50,788 nt of DNA from Armatimonadota bacterium (GTDB taxonomy: Bacteria > Armatimonadota > UBA5829 > DTLH01), in NCBI GenBank assembly GCA_016190935.1, contig JACPPP010000169.1:1-50788 (forward strand). Direction: 5' to 3'. The translations under genes were made by a program, and so were the position numbers. This document shows positions 27,747 to 36,854 of the stretch, piece after piece. Under the pieces are notes generated by a model, which was not told the origin of the DNA, did no database searches, and saw only the letters and a program-made list of their open reading frames with translations. Within the stretch, counting starts at the first letter, position 1. Each line of letters begins with the position of its first letter.

Positions 27747-29189
27747 CTACTTTATCCGCTTCAAAACCTCGATCTCAAACGCGGCCTTTCTGCCTACTGG
27801 AGGTCGCTCCCAGAACCCCTTCTCCCACCTCGGCCACATCAACTGGGACTCCCATTGGCCATATGCGTTCCTCAGCTCATCTACAATCTCCGGGTGCTGC
27901 TCGGCCAGGTTCTTGGACTCGGCAATATCTGTGGAAAGATCATAGATCTGGAGCAGCTTTCTGTCCTCGCTTCTCATATATCCATACCGGTTCGTATACA
28001 GCCTCTTGTACGTTTCTGGATCTTCATAGAGTTTGTCGTATTCCACTGGATGCTTGACCAACTTCCATCTGCCCTTACGGACAGCGTATCCTTTGTCAAA
28101 GCTCTTATACATTTCTAATTCTCGCCAGAACAGGAGCTCGTGTGGGGGTGTCTTTCTCTTGCCGGTTAGATAGGGGACAATATCTACTCCGTCCATCACA
28201 CGATCTTTGGGCAGCATGCCACCTGCTGCCGCCACTGCCGTCGCAAAGATGTCAACCGAGATGACTGGCTCTTTATACACCTGCCCGGCTGGGATTTTCC
28301 GCGGCCACTGGAAGAGGAACGGCACTCTTATTCCGCCCTCCCAGAACCTTCCTTTGCTACCTCTCAGCCCGCCATTATTGGAACCCGCCGCGCCGCCGTT
28401 ATCGCTTAGGAAGAAGATCAGCGTATCCTGCTCCAGTCCGGTCTCTCTCAACTTATGCAGCACCGCGCCCACGCCGTCGTCAACAGCGCTCACCATTGCG
28501 GCGTAAACCCGACGGAGATTGTCGCTGATGTGCTCGAAACGTCCAAGGTATTTCTGTGGAGATTGCATTGGAATATGCGGTGCGTTGTAAGCCAGGTAGA
28601 GAAAGAACGGCTGGTCCTGATACCGGTCGATAAACGAGACTGCCTCACGCGTGAATGCGTCAGTCAGGTATTCCTTGTCGTCGTAGACTACCTCCTGGTT
28701 CCTATAAATGGGATACCAAAAAAGGTTGGACTCGTCCGGCGTTAGATCAGTATAGTTATGTGCGCCGCCCAGAAATCCAAAGAACTCATCGAACCCTCGA
28801 TTTAGGGGATGATGCCCAGTCGACATGCCAAGATGCCATTTCCCGACGGCCCCTGTTGCGTAGCCATTCTCTTTCAGGGCGTCAGCAATAGTTATCTGAT
28901 CTAAGGGTAGACCCGCATTCTCGTCGATCGTAAGTGAAGTCTCTGTTGTGCGCTCCCACGGGTTGTACTCGTGTCCAAACCGCTGCTGATACCGGCCCGT
29001 TAACAATCCCGCACGAGACGGACTGCAAACAGGGCAGGTTACGTAGCCATCAGTGAACCTGACTCCGTTCTGGGCAATAGAGTCTATGTTGGGTGTCGGG
29101 ATGTCTTTGCACCCATAGCAGCTAAGATCCCCGTACCCCTGGTCATCCGTAAGTATCAAAATGATATTTGGTTTGCGTCTCTCTGGCAT
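27747..29189 (-). CDS. Formylglycine-dependent sulfatase (S1), no signal peptide
   Basis: KPNIILILTDDQG, CSPSRAGLLTGR, GKWHLG, SDNG, EGGIRVP; AGGAGG RBS directly before MPERRKPN. Confidence 0.93.
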   Translation of the reverse strand: MPERRKPNIILILTDDQGYGDLSCYGCKDIPTPNIDSIAQNGVRFTDGYVTCPVCSPSRAGLLTGRYQQRFGHEYNPWERTTETSLTIDENAGLPLDQITIADALKENGYATGAVGKWHLGMSTGHHPLNRGFDEFFGFLGGAHNYTDLTPDESNLFWYPIYRNQEVVYDDKEYLTDAFTREAVSFIDRYQDQPFFLYLAYNAPHIPMQSPQKYLGRFEHISDNLRRVYAAMVSAVDDGVGAVLHKLRETGLEQDTLIFFLSDNGGAAGSNNGGLRGSKGRFWEGGIRVPFLFQWPRKIPAGQVYKEPVISVDIFATAVAAAGGMLPKDRVMDGVDIVPYLTGKRKTPPHELLFWRELEMYKSFDKGYAVRKGRWKLVKHPVEYDKLYEDPETYKRLYTNRYGYMRSEDRKLLQIYDLSTDIAESKNLAEQHPEIVDELRNAYGQWESQLMWPRWEKGFWERPPVGRKAAFEIEVLKRIK

Positions 29190-29254
29190 ATTTTCGAACC
29201 TCCTCTGGCTTGATAATACTATCCCGTTTATTCATCGAGCATCGAACATTTGGG

Positions 29255-29297
29255 TAACCTGCACTATTCACTTGGCACTCGTGAATAGTACAGGTTA
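29255..29297. repeat. 43-bp palindromic element TAACC..ATTCAC-N9-GTGAAT..GGTTA overlapping a TAA stop
   Basis: 17-bp arms with one mismatch and a 9-nt loop. Confidence 0.85.
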
Positions 29298-30776
29298 TTG
29301 TGGGCGCTCAAAGTAGTATCTTGGCCACCGTGGCATCGACAGCTCCGACTCCCACTTCGCCAGAGCTTTGGTCAAATGCTGAACCACCTTAGGATGTTCA
29401 GTCGCAACATCGTTCTTTTCGCCTATGTCTTCTGTCAGGTCGAAGAGCCTCACAGGCTGATCGCCTACATTCTCGAAACCGCCTTCTCGAGATTTCACGA
29501 GCTTCCATCTCCCGCTACGCACGGCGTAACCCTTGTGGAAGCTTCTGAACATCTCCATCTCGCGCCAGAAGAGAAACTCGTGAGGCGGCCCATCCTTCAG
29601 CCCGGTCAGGTATGGGATCAGGTTCATGCCGTCCATAACCCGGTCTTTAGGCATCTTCCCGCCAGCCGCGGCTACGGCAGTAGCAAAGATATCCAGTGAG
29701 ATCACCGGTTGGCGATAGACCTGCCCGCCTTTGACCCGCCTCGGCCACTGGAACAAAAAGGGCACGCGTATGCCGCCTTCAAAGAAAGTGCTCTTGTAAT
29801 CCCGAAGGGGGCCGTTGCTTGCTCCTCCCGGAAAAACTTTCCCCGGACCAGAAAACGTTCCGCCGTTATCGCTCAGAAAGAAGACCAGCGTATCCTGTTC
29901 GAGACCCAATTCCCTCAATTTGCCCAGTATCTCGCCCACGCTGTCATCGACCGCGCTCATCATCCCCGCATAGCTTCGGCGAGTTTCATCAGAGATGTGC
30001 CTGAACCTGTCAAGATACTTCTGTGTTGCCTCCAGAGGCCCGTGCGGGGCATCGTAAGGCAGATACAGGAAGATGGGTTTGTCACGATGCCGCTCTATGA
30101 AAGAAACTGCCTCTTTGGTCCATTCCTCCGTGAGAAACGGTATTACGTAATCAACAGGCTCTGTGCCCCTCATGACTCCATTGTTCTGGTAATTCGGCTG
30201 ATAGTTGACCTTGGGTCCCACCGTGTCCAACGTACCATAGAACTCATCGAAGCCGCGTCTGAGGGGATGATACTTTGGCGCCATGCCGAGATGCCACTTT
30301 GAGATCACTCCGGTAGCGTAACCTGCGGCCTTAAGCGCATCGGCTATTGTTATCTCCTCAAGCGGCAGACCTCTATTTGCATCTATTACGCCTGTCCCAT
30401 ACCAGGTTCTGGGGCTGAAATTGAACTCGTGGCCGAAACGCTGCTGATACCGCCCCGTCAGCAGCCCCGCGCGAGACGGGCCGCAGATAGGAGCCGAGAC
30501 GTATCCGTCCGTAAACTTAACACCATTACGGGCTATGGAATCGATATTTGGAGTTGGGATATCTCGGCAACCATAACAGCCTGAGTCACCATATCCCTGG
30601 TCATCCGTGAAGAATACGATCACGTTCGGCTTGCGTTTCTCCGGGCCGGCCTCCGCAAGAGGCAGACCCTCTATCAGTAGCGCGGCCGCAGTGGCGCCCG
30701 TGAGCGCCAAAAACTCTCTGCGGTCCAACGGCAGACCGCGCTCATCTTTACCTCTTACATCCTTTTCTCTCGTCAT
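29295..30776 (-). CDS. Tat-exported formylglycine-dependent sulfatase (S1)
   Basis: DRREFL twin-arginine signal; CGPSRAGLLTGR; SDNG; EGGIRVP. Confidence 0.93.
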   Translation of the reverse strand: MTREKDVRGKDERGLPLDRREFLALTGATAAALLIEGLPLAEAGPEKRKPNVIVFFTDDQGYGDSGCYGCRDIPTPNIDSIARNGVKFTDGYVSAPICGPSRAGLLTGRYQQRFGHEFNFSPRTWYGTGVIDANRGLPLEEITIADALKAAGYATGVISKWHLGMAPKYHPLRRGFDEFYGTLDTVGPKVNYQPNYQNNGVMRGTEPVDYVIPFLTEEWTKEAVSFIERHRDKPIFLYLPYDAPHGPLEATQKYLDRFRHISDETRRSYAGMMSAVDDSVGEILGKLRELGLEQDTLVFFLSDNGGTFSGPGKVFPGGASNGPLRDYKSTFFEGGIRVPFLFQWPRRVKGGQVYRQPVISLDIFATAVAAAGGKMPKDRVMDGMNLIPYLTGLKDGPPHEFLFWREMEMFRSFHKGYAVRSGRWKLVKSREGGFENVGDQPVRLFDLTEDIGEKNDVATEHPKVVQHLTKALAKWESELSMPRWPRYYFERPQ

Positions 30777-30793
30777 ATCATAAGATCTCCTTC

Positions 30794-30819
30794 AACCCGA
30801 ATTATTCACGAGGAACGAG
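30794..30819. repeat. Half copy of the ATTCAC-N9-GTGAAT element
   Basis: 26-bp exact inverted match to 11970-11995; abuts the stop codon at 30820. Confidence 0.8.
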
Positions 30820-33800
30820 CTACCTGTTCCTGCTTGCTGCTGGGCTTGCAGCGGCGCGTATTCTCCAAACGAAACCCCCCGGTGAACACGCAGTATGTAT
30901 GTCCTGTTTCATAAGCGAGATCGGGAATGTCCAAAGCATTGGATTATGGTAGTATTCAAGGCCCAGCGCACGACTACCGTCCACCTTGACCATAGCAGGC
31001 TGATCCCAGACCATATTCTGGCGGATTGCAATGTTGTGCCAGGTGCGACGAACTATCTCAAGCCCTAAAGCCTCAAAATGAGGATCGTTGCTTCTGACCA
31101 TTGCTGTAGCTACTGCAAGTGTGGAATACGAAGGAACCATGAAAGTAGCATAACCGGGCGTGGTATCTTCACTGCCATCGGGACGACAGGCAAGTCTGAT
31201 CCCATACTTGGTAGCAGCATAGTTCAGTCGCTCGAGTGTTGACATCACCCTAATAACCCGCCGCTCCGGCAGGATGCGGGGCAGAGAGTGCAGGTTTGCA
31301 AACAGGTCCCCGATTAGTTGGTCGCAGGCCACAGTATCTGATTTCTTGCCTGTAACGCTGTCGTTGTATAGAAAATAGGAACCGACAGGCTCGTTCCAAA
31401 GTCTCTCTTCAAGTGAGCGGCTTCCCTTACGGTACCATGAGCGACATTCCTGTGCAAACTCGGTGTCCCGCTGCATCTTAGCCATCCGCTCTACTATGCC
31501 TAATGTGGCCAGCCAATAAGTGGATACGTGCGGGGCTGCCCCTTCCATGTGCCAGGCATCGAGGTAGTGACCACCAGCGTGAACATCCGGCAGGCCATCT
31601 CCATCTTCGTCCCTCGTGAACATGAACTTCAGGCCGGCCTTCACCGAAGGATACCACTCATCGAGCACCTTGTCATCACCTGTCGAGAGCCTGTAACGAT
31701 CCACCATGTGAATGTATACCTGTCCGTCTATCGCAAGCTGCTGACCGAACCACGGGCGATCAGCCTCGGTGCTGGGCCCCGTGCCTAGAACAGAAGGTGT
31801 CTGGCCAGTATCCCGCTTCTGATAGTGTTTATAAGCCCTGAGTTTCCTCAAGCCAAGTTCCGGAAAGAGCAGGTTGACAGCCCACTCGCCGAATTCGTCG
31901 TTGGCTATACAGGATTGCTGGACACATGATATAAGGCTTTCGTTAACACAGAAAAACCCATCCTTTCCCCACCAATGCTTGGGGTCCGGGCTCTTCATTA
32001 TGAAACTCTGTTGAGACAGGAGGCCGAGTACGTTTATCAAGGAGTCCTGCAGCCAGCCCGGCAGTCGCTTTTCACCATATACTACCTCCTGCCAGGCTAG
32101 CACTCGATTCAGCAGCGACCTGTGCTCACGAGCCAGGTATGCTGCTACAGCAGCAGGGCTTTTGAACCGTGTGGCATACATGTTCACGTAAGGGTTTCCG
32201 TGGAATGATTTCCAATTTGGCGCGCACCACGCCAGAACAAATCGAATCGTCCTACTCTGGCCAGGCTCAAGAGAGAAGTCTACGGCAGCGGATGAACCAA
32301 CATCATCCGCAGAAGGTTTTGGGAGCGTCGAACCTATGCTGTTCCAAGTTACGGCGTGCTCACCCAACTCCCCACCAAACCGCACGTTTTCCTTGCCGAT
32401 TACTAGAAGAGCATAGCTTCGTTCAAAACCTTCCTCAAAGGTTTTCACCGTGACACCTGTAAACTCGCGTCCAGCAAATCGGCGTCGGGTTTGAGAAGGG
32501 CATGACTGCTGAGAAATGTCGACACCATCTTCTAAGCCAGCGAATGACTCCGCCTTGAACCAAGAGTCCAAGCCGTCCAGTCTGTCAGGGGATATCGATT
32601 TGACGGAATCACGATAGGCCGTGTCCAGTCCGTATTTCCTCGCCAGATAGCAGCCGATGCCGTTGGTCTCGTCATCAGTCAGCGCTCGGTTATAGAGGAC
32701 GACTTCTCCGACAATCATGTAGGGAGTGCGGAAAGGAGCGTGAGCGCCAAGAAAGGGAGGCATTGGAAGCATGTTTGGCGTTGCCGAACTGCTGTTCGAG
32801 GCCAGCGGACGGTCGACGCCGTCAATCGCAATGCTGGTTGTATCGCTGATCGGCCCGGGCTTCTTTCTTACGCAGATGATGGTTGGCTTGCCCCAATGGC
32901 CCTTAAACGTGTTAGCATTGGTCATCGCACTGCCGCCAGCGCCAGCCACCCAATTTACCCTATTAGCGGTAGCTTCGACCTCGATAGCCGTCCCTAAGCC
33001 CGCTTCGCCGCCGGCGCCCCAACTGACGATGTGGGTAGCGGAAGCACCAGCTTTATATACCGTGCCAAGGAAAAAGACAGTAAACGCAGGATCGCCGCCC
33101 CACGCGGCTCCGCTAACACCTTTCTGCTGGGCGGGCAACTGGAAACGAGGATCGCTGCCGTTGGAGATACACTTAACCCCTGGGCGGCCGTTCAGCTCTC
33201 TTGCAACATAGGTGTGTGCTTGTCTTGCCTTCCGCGGGCCGGAGAAGCTGAATGCGAGTGTCCCTTTCTGCATCCGGCTACTGGTATTGTGCAACTGCAC
33301 CTCGAACACCGAACCCGGCGTGTTGGAGCCAACCGAGTCACCAGGAAGGAATGGAGTCCATGCACGAAGAGCAACGCTTACCGGGACATCCGAATCATAT
33401 TGAACATCTGCTACAGGATAGTGGCCCCAATAGCTGATATCCCTTACCTCCTGAACCCCCTCAACAGGATGCAGAGAGAGCAAAGTGGTCTTTCCTTCAA
33501 CGGATATCCCAAGGAACGGCAAGCGACGGACAGGCACATTAGTTCTTGTCGCAGCGCCATCGGCATTCTCCAAAGCAGCTCCGTGGTCAACCAAATCGAC
33601 TACCGCTAGGCACCTTCGTTCCATATAGTTGCTGAATATAGTGCCGGCGTAATCGAGAGTGCCGTCCGTACCGAGACTGATGAAACCGGTGCCAAGTCCC
33701 CCGAGCGGCATCCCCGGCAGCATATTGCCACCACGATAGATGACTCCGGTAACAGGCACAGTGAAACCTTCGGCAGGGAAAGCCGCCCACTGCCTTCCGG

Positions 33801-33900
33801 GAAGGGAATCAGGAAAAAGTCTTGCTTCCCTTCCGGCGCTGACGGATCCCGGCATCAGAATCGCAACGGTCAAAATGACAATCAGCATCCTGTGGTTCAT
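30820..33900 (-). CDS. Secreted GH116-like hydrolase (subtype C) with an inserted LamG/concanavalin-like domain
   Basis: GMPLGGLGTG, HYPVADVQY, NES, D.DGDGLPD..GHYLDAW, DQLIG. Insert of about 240 aa (GEVVLYNRALT..E...I..YL..KYGL). GAGGAG RBS before the ATG at 33900. Confidence 0.85.
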   Translation of the reverse strand: MNHRMLIVILTVAILMPGSVSAGREARLFPDSLPGRQWAAFPAEGFTVPVTGVIYRGGNMLPGMPLGGLGTGFISLGTDGTLDYAGTIFSNYMERRCLAVVDLVDHGAALENADGAATRTNVPVRRLPFLGISVEGKTTLLSLHPVEGVQEVRDISYWGHYPVADVQYDSDVPVSVALRAWTPFLPGDSVGSNTPGSVFEVQLHNTSSRMQKGTLAFSFSGPRKARQAHTYVARELNGRPGVKCISNGSDPRFQLPAQQKGVSGAAWGGDPAFTVFFLGTVYKAGASATHIVSWGAGGEAGLGTAIEVEATANRVNWVAGAGGSAMTNANTFKGHWGKPTIICVRKKPGPISDTTSIAIDGVDRPLASNSSSATPNMLPMPPFLGAHAPFRTPYMIVGEVVLYNRALTDDETNGIGCYLARKYGLDTAYRDSVKSISPDRLDGLDSWFKAESFAGLEDGVDISQQSCPSQTRRRFAGREFTGVTVKTFEEGFERSYALLVIGKENVRFGGELGEHAVTWNSIGSTLPKPSADDVGSSAAVDFSLEPGQSRTIRFVLAWCAPNWKSFHGNPYVNMYATRFKSPAAVAAYLAREHRSLLNRVLAWQEVVYGEKRLPGWLQDSLINVLGLLSQQSFIMKSPDPKHWWGKDGFFCVNESLISCVQQSCIANDEFGEWAVNLLFPELGLRKLRAYKHYQKRDTGQTPSVLGTGPSTEADRPWFGQQLAIDGQVYIHMVDRYRLSTGDDKVLDEWYPSVKAGLKFMFTRDEDGDGLPDVHAGGHYLDAWHMEGAAPHVSTYWLATLGIVERMAKMQRDTEFAQECRSWYRKGSRSLEERLWNEPVGSYFLYNDSVTGKKSDTVACDQLIGDLFANLHSLPRILPERRVIRVMSTLERLNYAATKYGIRLACRPDGSEDTTPGYATFMVPSYSTLAVATAMVRSNDPHFEALGLEIVRRTWHNIAIRQNMVWDQPAMVKVDGSRALGLEYYHNPMLWTFPISLMKQDIHTACSPGGFVWRIRAAASPAASRNR

Positions 33901-33985
33901 AGTCACTCCTCAACCTAATGCTTGAAGGGATGCTCAGCAGATTGTTCGGTTCTTCTGCACTATAGTGCGTTCGATATCTACCACC

Positions 33986-34111
33986 TGAAACGCGAAGACA
34001 CGAAAGCCGCGAAGGCCACGAAAGCTGTGTATGAAAGACTGGTGGACAGCCCGGAAGACATATCAGGTTGGGCTTTTCGTGTCATTCGTCCTTTCGCGTC
34101 TTCGTGTTTCA
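33986..34111. repeat. Long imperfect inverted repeat built from 9-bp periodic units (CACGAAAGA-like)
   Basis: Left arm tgaaacgcgaagacacgaaagccgcgaaggccacgaaagc pairs with right arm gcttttcgtgtcattcgtcctttcgcgtcttcgtgtttca. Confidence 0.8.
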
Positions 34112-34235
34112 ACATGCACAAGGACAACTTTCGACAGTAATAAATTTCAAATCCAGCTCCAACAAGGGTGCGCAGACCAGCCAATACGCATAAAGCAGTC
34201 TGAAGCAACTGCTGATGCTTGCGAATAAGTCGGCG

Positions 34236-36815
34236 CTAACCTTTTCCAGCCTGGATCATTCTGTAGACCATGCCGCCTGGCTTGGCCGGGCCGGACGCAT
34301 CCTGACCCAGAACGGCGGCGGGAACACCCCAAAGCCCCATATTCTGATAGTAATCGACGCCGTAGCTCCGCACGCCGTCATCGGTCTTTCCGCTGTTTAC
34401 GTTCACGCCGTCCCAGGTGTACCCCTGCTGGCAGGAATATGCATCCAGGCACTTCCGCAGCAGATCCAGACCAAAGTCCTTCTGGCCTTCATACATGAAG
34501 AGCATCGAGGTGTAGTAGGTCGTGAACTGAACATAGGTGTAGTTACCGGTAAGGTAACCTTCGATGTCTGTCTTCCAGGCGGTGCCGTCCGGGCTCACGT
34601 AGTTCGGCGGGATTCCCAGCTTACTTATCTTGCAGGACTTGCGGACGAGTGCAAGGGTCTTATCGACATTCTCCTGCGGAAACACTCCAGGCACGCCGTG
34701 CTGGTAGGCGAAGAACTGTCCATCGAGTCCCGGAGTGAAGAGCGCATCGTGCTTGCGGCCGGTTTCAGGCTCGTGGAAGCACATATAGTGGTCTCCAGCC
34801 CATAGGTGCTCCTGGAGCGCTCTTGCTCCGGCCTGGAGGTAGTCATCCATCTTCTTGGCGTGTGCTGTGTCGCCCATTTTCTCGGCCCAGCGGCGCATCA
34901 TCCGAGCATGCGCCATTCTGTAGCCTCCCCCGTGTGAAACATAGCCGTAGTAGGGCCTGTCTTCGAACCACTCCGTATCATAGGCCAGAGTGGAATCCGT
35001 GCCCTCGGTCGGCATTGCAACAATCTGAGAAAGGCCGTAGTTCGGCCTCATGTTGAACGCCCAGTCCGTATTCCGCTTAGCCGAATCATAGAACTCCTTG
35101 AGAAAGCTGTCATCGCCGGTGATCTTCCAATACCTGTCGAGACGCACCATGTAGTTAGAGCCGTCCATCACAGCCTGGTAGCCGCGCGACGGGTAGACCA
35201 TCTCATAGAACTCGGAAGGGTCCATGCCGTCGCCCTGATCCCCCGTCGTACCTCCAAAAACCCAGGGTGGGCGTCCGTCCTCGAACTGGTAAGCCTTGCA
35301 CGCTCTAAGGGTGGAGCGTTCACACTCCGGGAAGAAGTAGCACAGAGGGATGTTGCCGCATGCGCTGTTCGGGCTTGTGTCCAACTGCGAGCAGCTTCGC
35401 GGCGCTTCGTTGAGAGCAAATATCCCGTCTTCAGGTCTGCACCAGTCTCCAACAGGGGACTTCGCCTGTGCCCAGATTCCTGTGCGGGTGATCATGTGCA
35501 GGTTGTTGATCAGCGAATCTGCAAGCCAGCCGGGAATCTCAGGCGTCTTGAAAGCCTCTTCCTGCCAGGCGATGATCCGCTTAAGCATGCTGCCGTGTTC
35601 TTTCGCCAGAAGTTTCGCCACGGCGGGAGCGTCCTTGTGAAACTTTGCGTACATATGAGTGTACGTATTGCCCCCCGTATCGGGCGCGCCATTGCCCTTC
35701 CATTCCGGCGCGAACCACGCCAGCACGTAGCGCACCGTCTTCTCCTGGCCGGGCTCAAGAGTAAAATCGACCGCCACGGATGAGCCGCCTGTCTCGGGAT
35801 CGGTCCCCGGCAGGCTCCTCGCAATCCTGGCCCACTTCGGCCCGTCCGTGCCAAGCTCTCCACCCGTTCTGGGCTTCTCATCGCCGATAACTCCGAGCGC
35901 GTAGCTCATCTTGCAGTTCACATCTGATACGTAGACGCCGGACGGGCCGTTCTTGAGTCGCTTTCTGACGATCTTATGCTCAGGGACGTTCGGAAGTACT
36001 CGCGCATAGCCCGCCCACGGCATGAACATCTGCGGGTCAAGTCCACTCTTGTGAGAGTCGAATCCAGGAAAGCTGAAGGCGAGGGTGACAGTCTGTCTGG
36101 AAGCCGACGTGTTGGCAACATGGACCTCAAATACGGCCCCGGGCGTGTCGGAATCAGCGGCCCAGCCGGGGAAAAAAGGAGACCATGCACGGCAGGCTGC
36201 GCTTACCGGCGCAGTCGTCTTGAACTGTAAGTCCGCTATGGGATAGTGTCCCCAGTAGTCGATTGATTCGGCTTTCTCTACGCCCTCCAGCACCATCTGA
36301 GCGGCGAGAGGAAGGGGCTCTCGACCGGTGTCGTACTTCTTAGTCTCGCCGGTTGTCAGCACCCAGGTCTTCCCACCGACGCTCACGCCCAAAAAAGGTG
36401 TATTGATCGGTCCACCGCGCGGAGTCAGGTGATTGAAGATCGAGCTGTATCCAAAGGCTCCGGAAGACTCTATGTCGATACAACCTGTATCAACGCCGCC
36501 TAGCGGCACACCCGAAACCGGGCGCGGCTCGCTGCGATAGATAATCCCGGTCACCGGCGTGGAGTAACCCGCTGCCTTGAAGGTAACCCACCTGGCGGGG
36601 GTCAGGTTCTCAGGAAAAAGCAGCCCTCCGCCGGCAGCCCAGCTTCCTGTGTGAGCAGTAATCGCAATAACGATGATTAGTGTTAGCTTTGATGCCAATT
36701 GCGATAAGAGCAAGCAGTTTCGCATCCTGAGCATGCTGAGCTTGTCGAAGCACGAAGGGTGCGGAACTGCGAGTGGCGGCTGCCATGGCAACTGGCGCAA
36801 GTACCGGTTCAGCAT
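34236..36815 (-). CDS. Secreted GH116-like glycoside hydrolase (subtype A)
   Basis: Close paralog of 13064-15562 (SSIFNHLTPRGGPINTP, PGWLADSLINNLHMITRTGIWAQAK, DTEWFED). AGGAGG RBS before the ATG at 36815. Confidence 0.85.
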   Translation of the reverse strand: MLNRYLRQLPWQPPLAVPHPSCFDKLSMLRMRNCLLLSQLASKLTLIIVIAITAHTGSWAAGGGLLFPENLTPARWVTFKAAGYSTPVTGIIYRSEPRPVSGVPLGGVDTGCIDIESSGAFGYSSIFNHLTPRGGPINTPFLGVSVGGKTWVLTTGETKKYDTGREPLPLAAQMVLEGVEKAESIDYWGHYPIADLQFKTTAPVSAACRAWSPFFPGWAADSDTPGAVFEVHVANTSASRQTVTLAFSFPGFDSHKSGLDPQMFMPWAGYARVLPNVPEHKIVRKRLKNGPSGVYVSDVNCKMSYALGVIGDEKPRTGGELGTDGPKWARIARSLPGTDPETGGSSVAVDFTLEPGQEKTVRYVLAWFAPEWKGNGAPDTGGNTYTHMYAKFHKDAPAVAKLLAKEHGSMLKRIIAWQEEAFKTPEIPGWLADSLINNLHMITRTGIWAQAKSPVGDWCRPEDGIFALNEAPRSCSQLDTSPNSACGNIPLCYFFPECERSTLRACKAYQFEDGRPPWVFGGTTGDQGDGMDPSEFYEMVYPSRGYQAVMDGSNYMVRLDRYWKITGDDSFLKEFYDSAKRNTDWAFNMRPNYGLSQIVAMPTEGTDSTLAYDTEWFEDRPYYGYVSHGGGYRMAHARMMRRWAEKMGDTAHAKKMDDYLQAGARALQEHLWAGDHYMCFHEPETGRKHDALFTPGLDGQFFAYQHGVPGVFPQENVDKTLALVRKSCKISKLGIPPNYVSPDGTAWKTDIEGYLTGNYTYVQFTTYYTSMLFMYEGQKDFGLDLLRKCLDAYSCQQGYTWDGVNVNSGKTDDGVRSYGVDYYQNMGLWGVPAAVLGQDASGPAKPGGMVYRMIQAGKG
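36714..36770. repeat. Nested palindromic REP-like element inside the GH116 N-terminal coding region
   Basis: Outer stem gcagtttcgcatcct/agggtgcggaactgc encloses inner tgct-gagcttgtcga-agca. Confidence 0.7.
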
Positions 36816-36837
36816 AATCAATTTCCTCCTTACGTTA

Positions 36838-36854
36838 GTGAATAATTCGGGTTA
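36838..36854. repeat. Partial ATTCAC/GTGAAT..GGTTA element overlapping a TAA stop
   Basis: gtgaataattcgggtta is identical to 11980-11996. Confidence 0.75.

Noticed and set aside
29250-29300. TAAC...GTTA palindromes after stop codons as integron attC sites
   Set aside because: About 43 bp is shorter than known attC sites, there are no extrahelical bases or RYYYAAC/GTTRRRY fit, no integrase is present, and one copy follows ftsY.
33922-34228. Small ORFs between GH116 genes
   Set aside because: They overlap the 9-bp hairpin element. 33978-34208 might begin with a signal-peptide remnant, but support is too weak.
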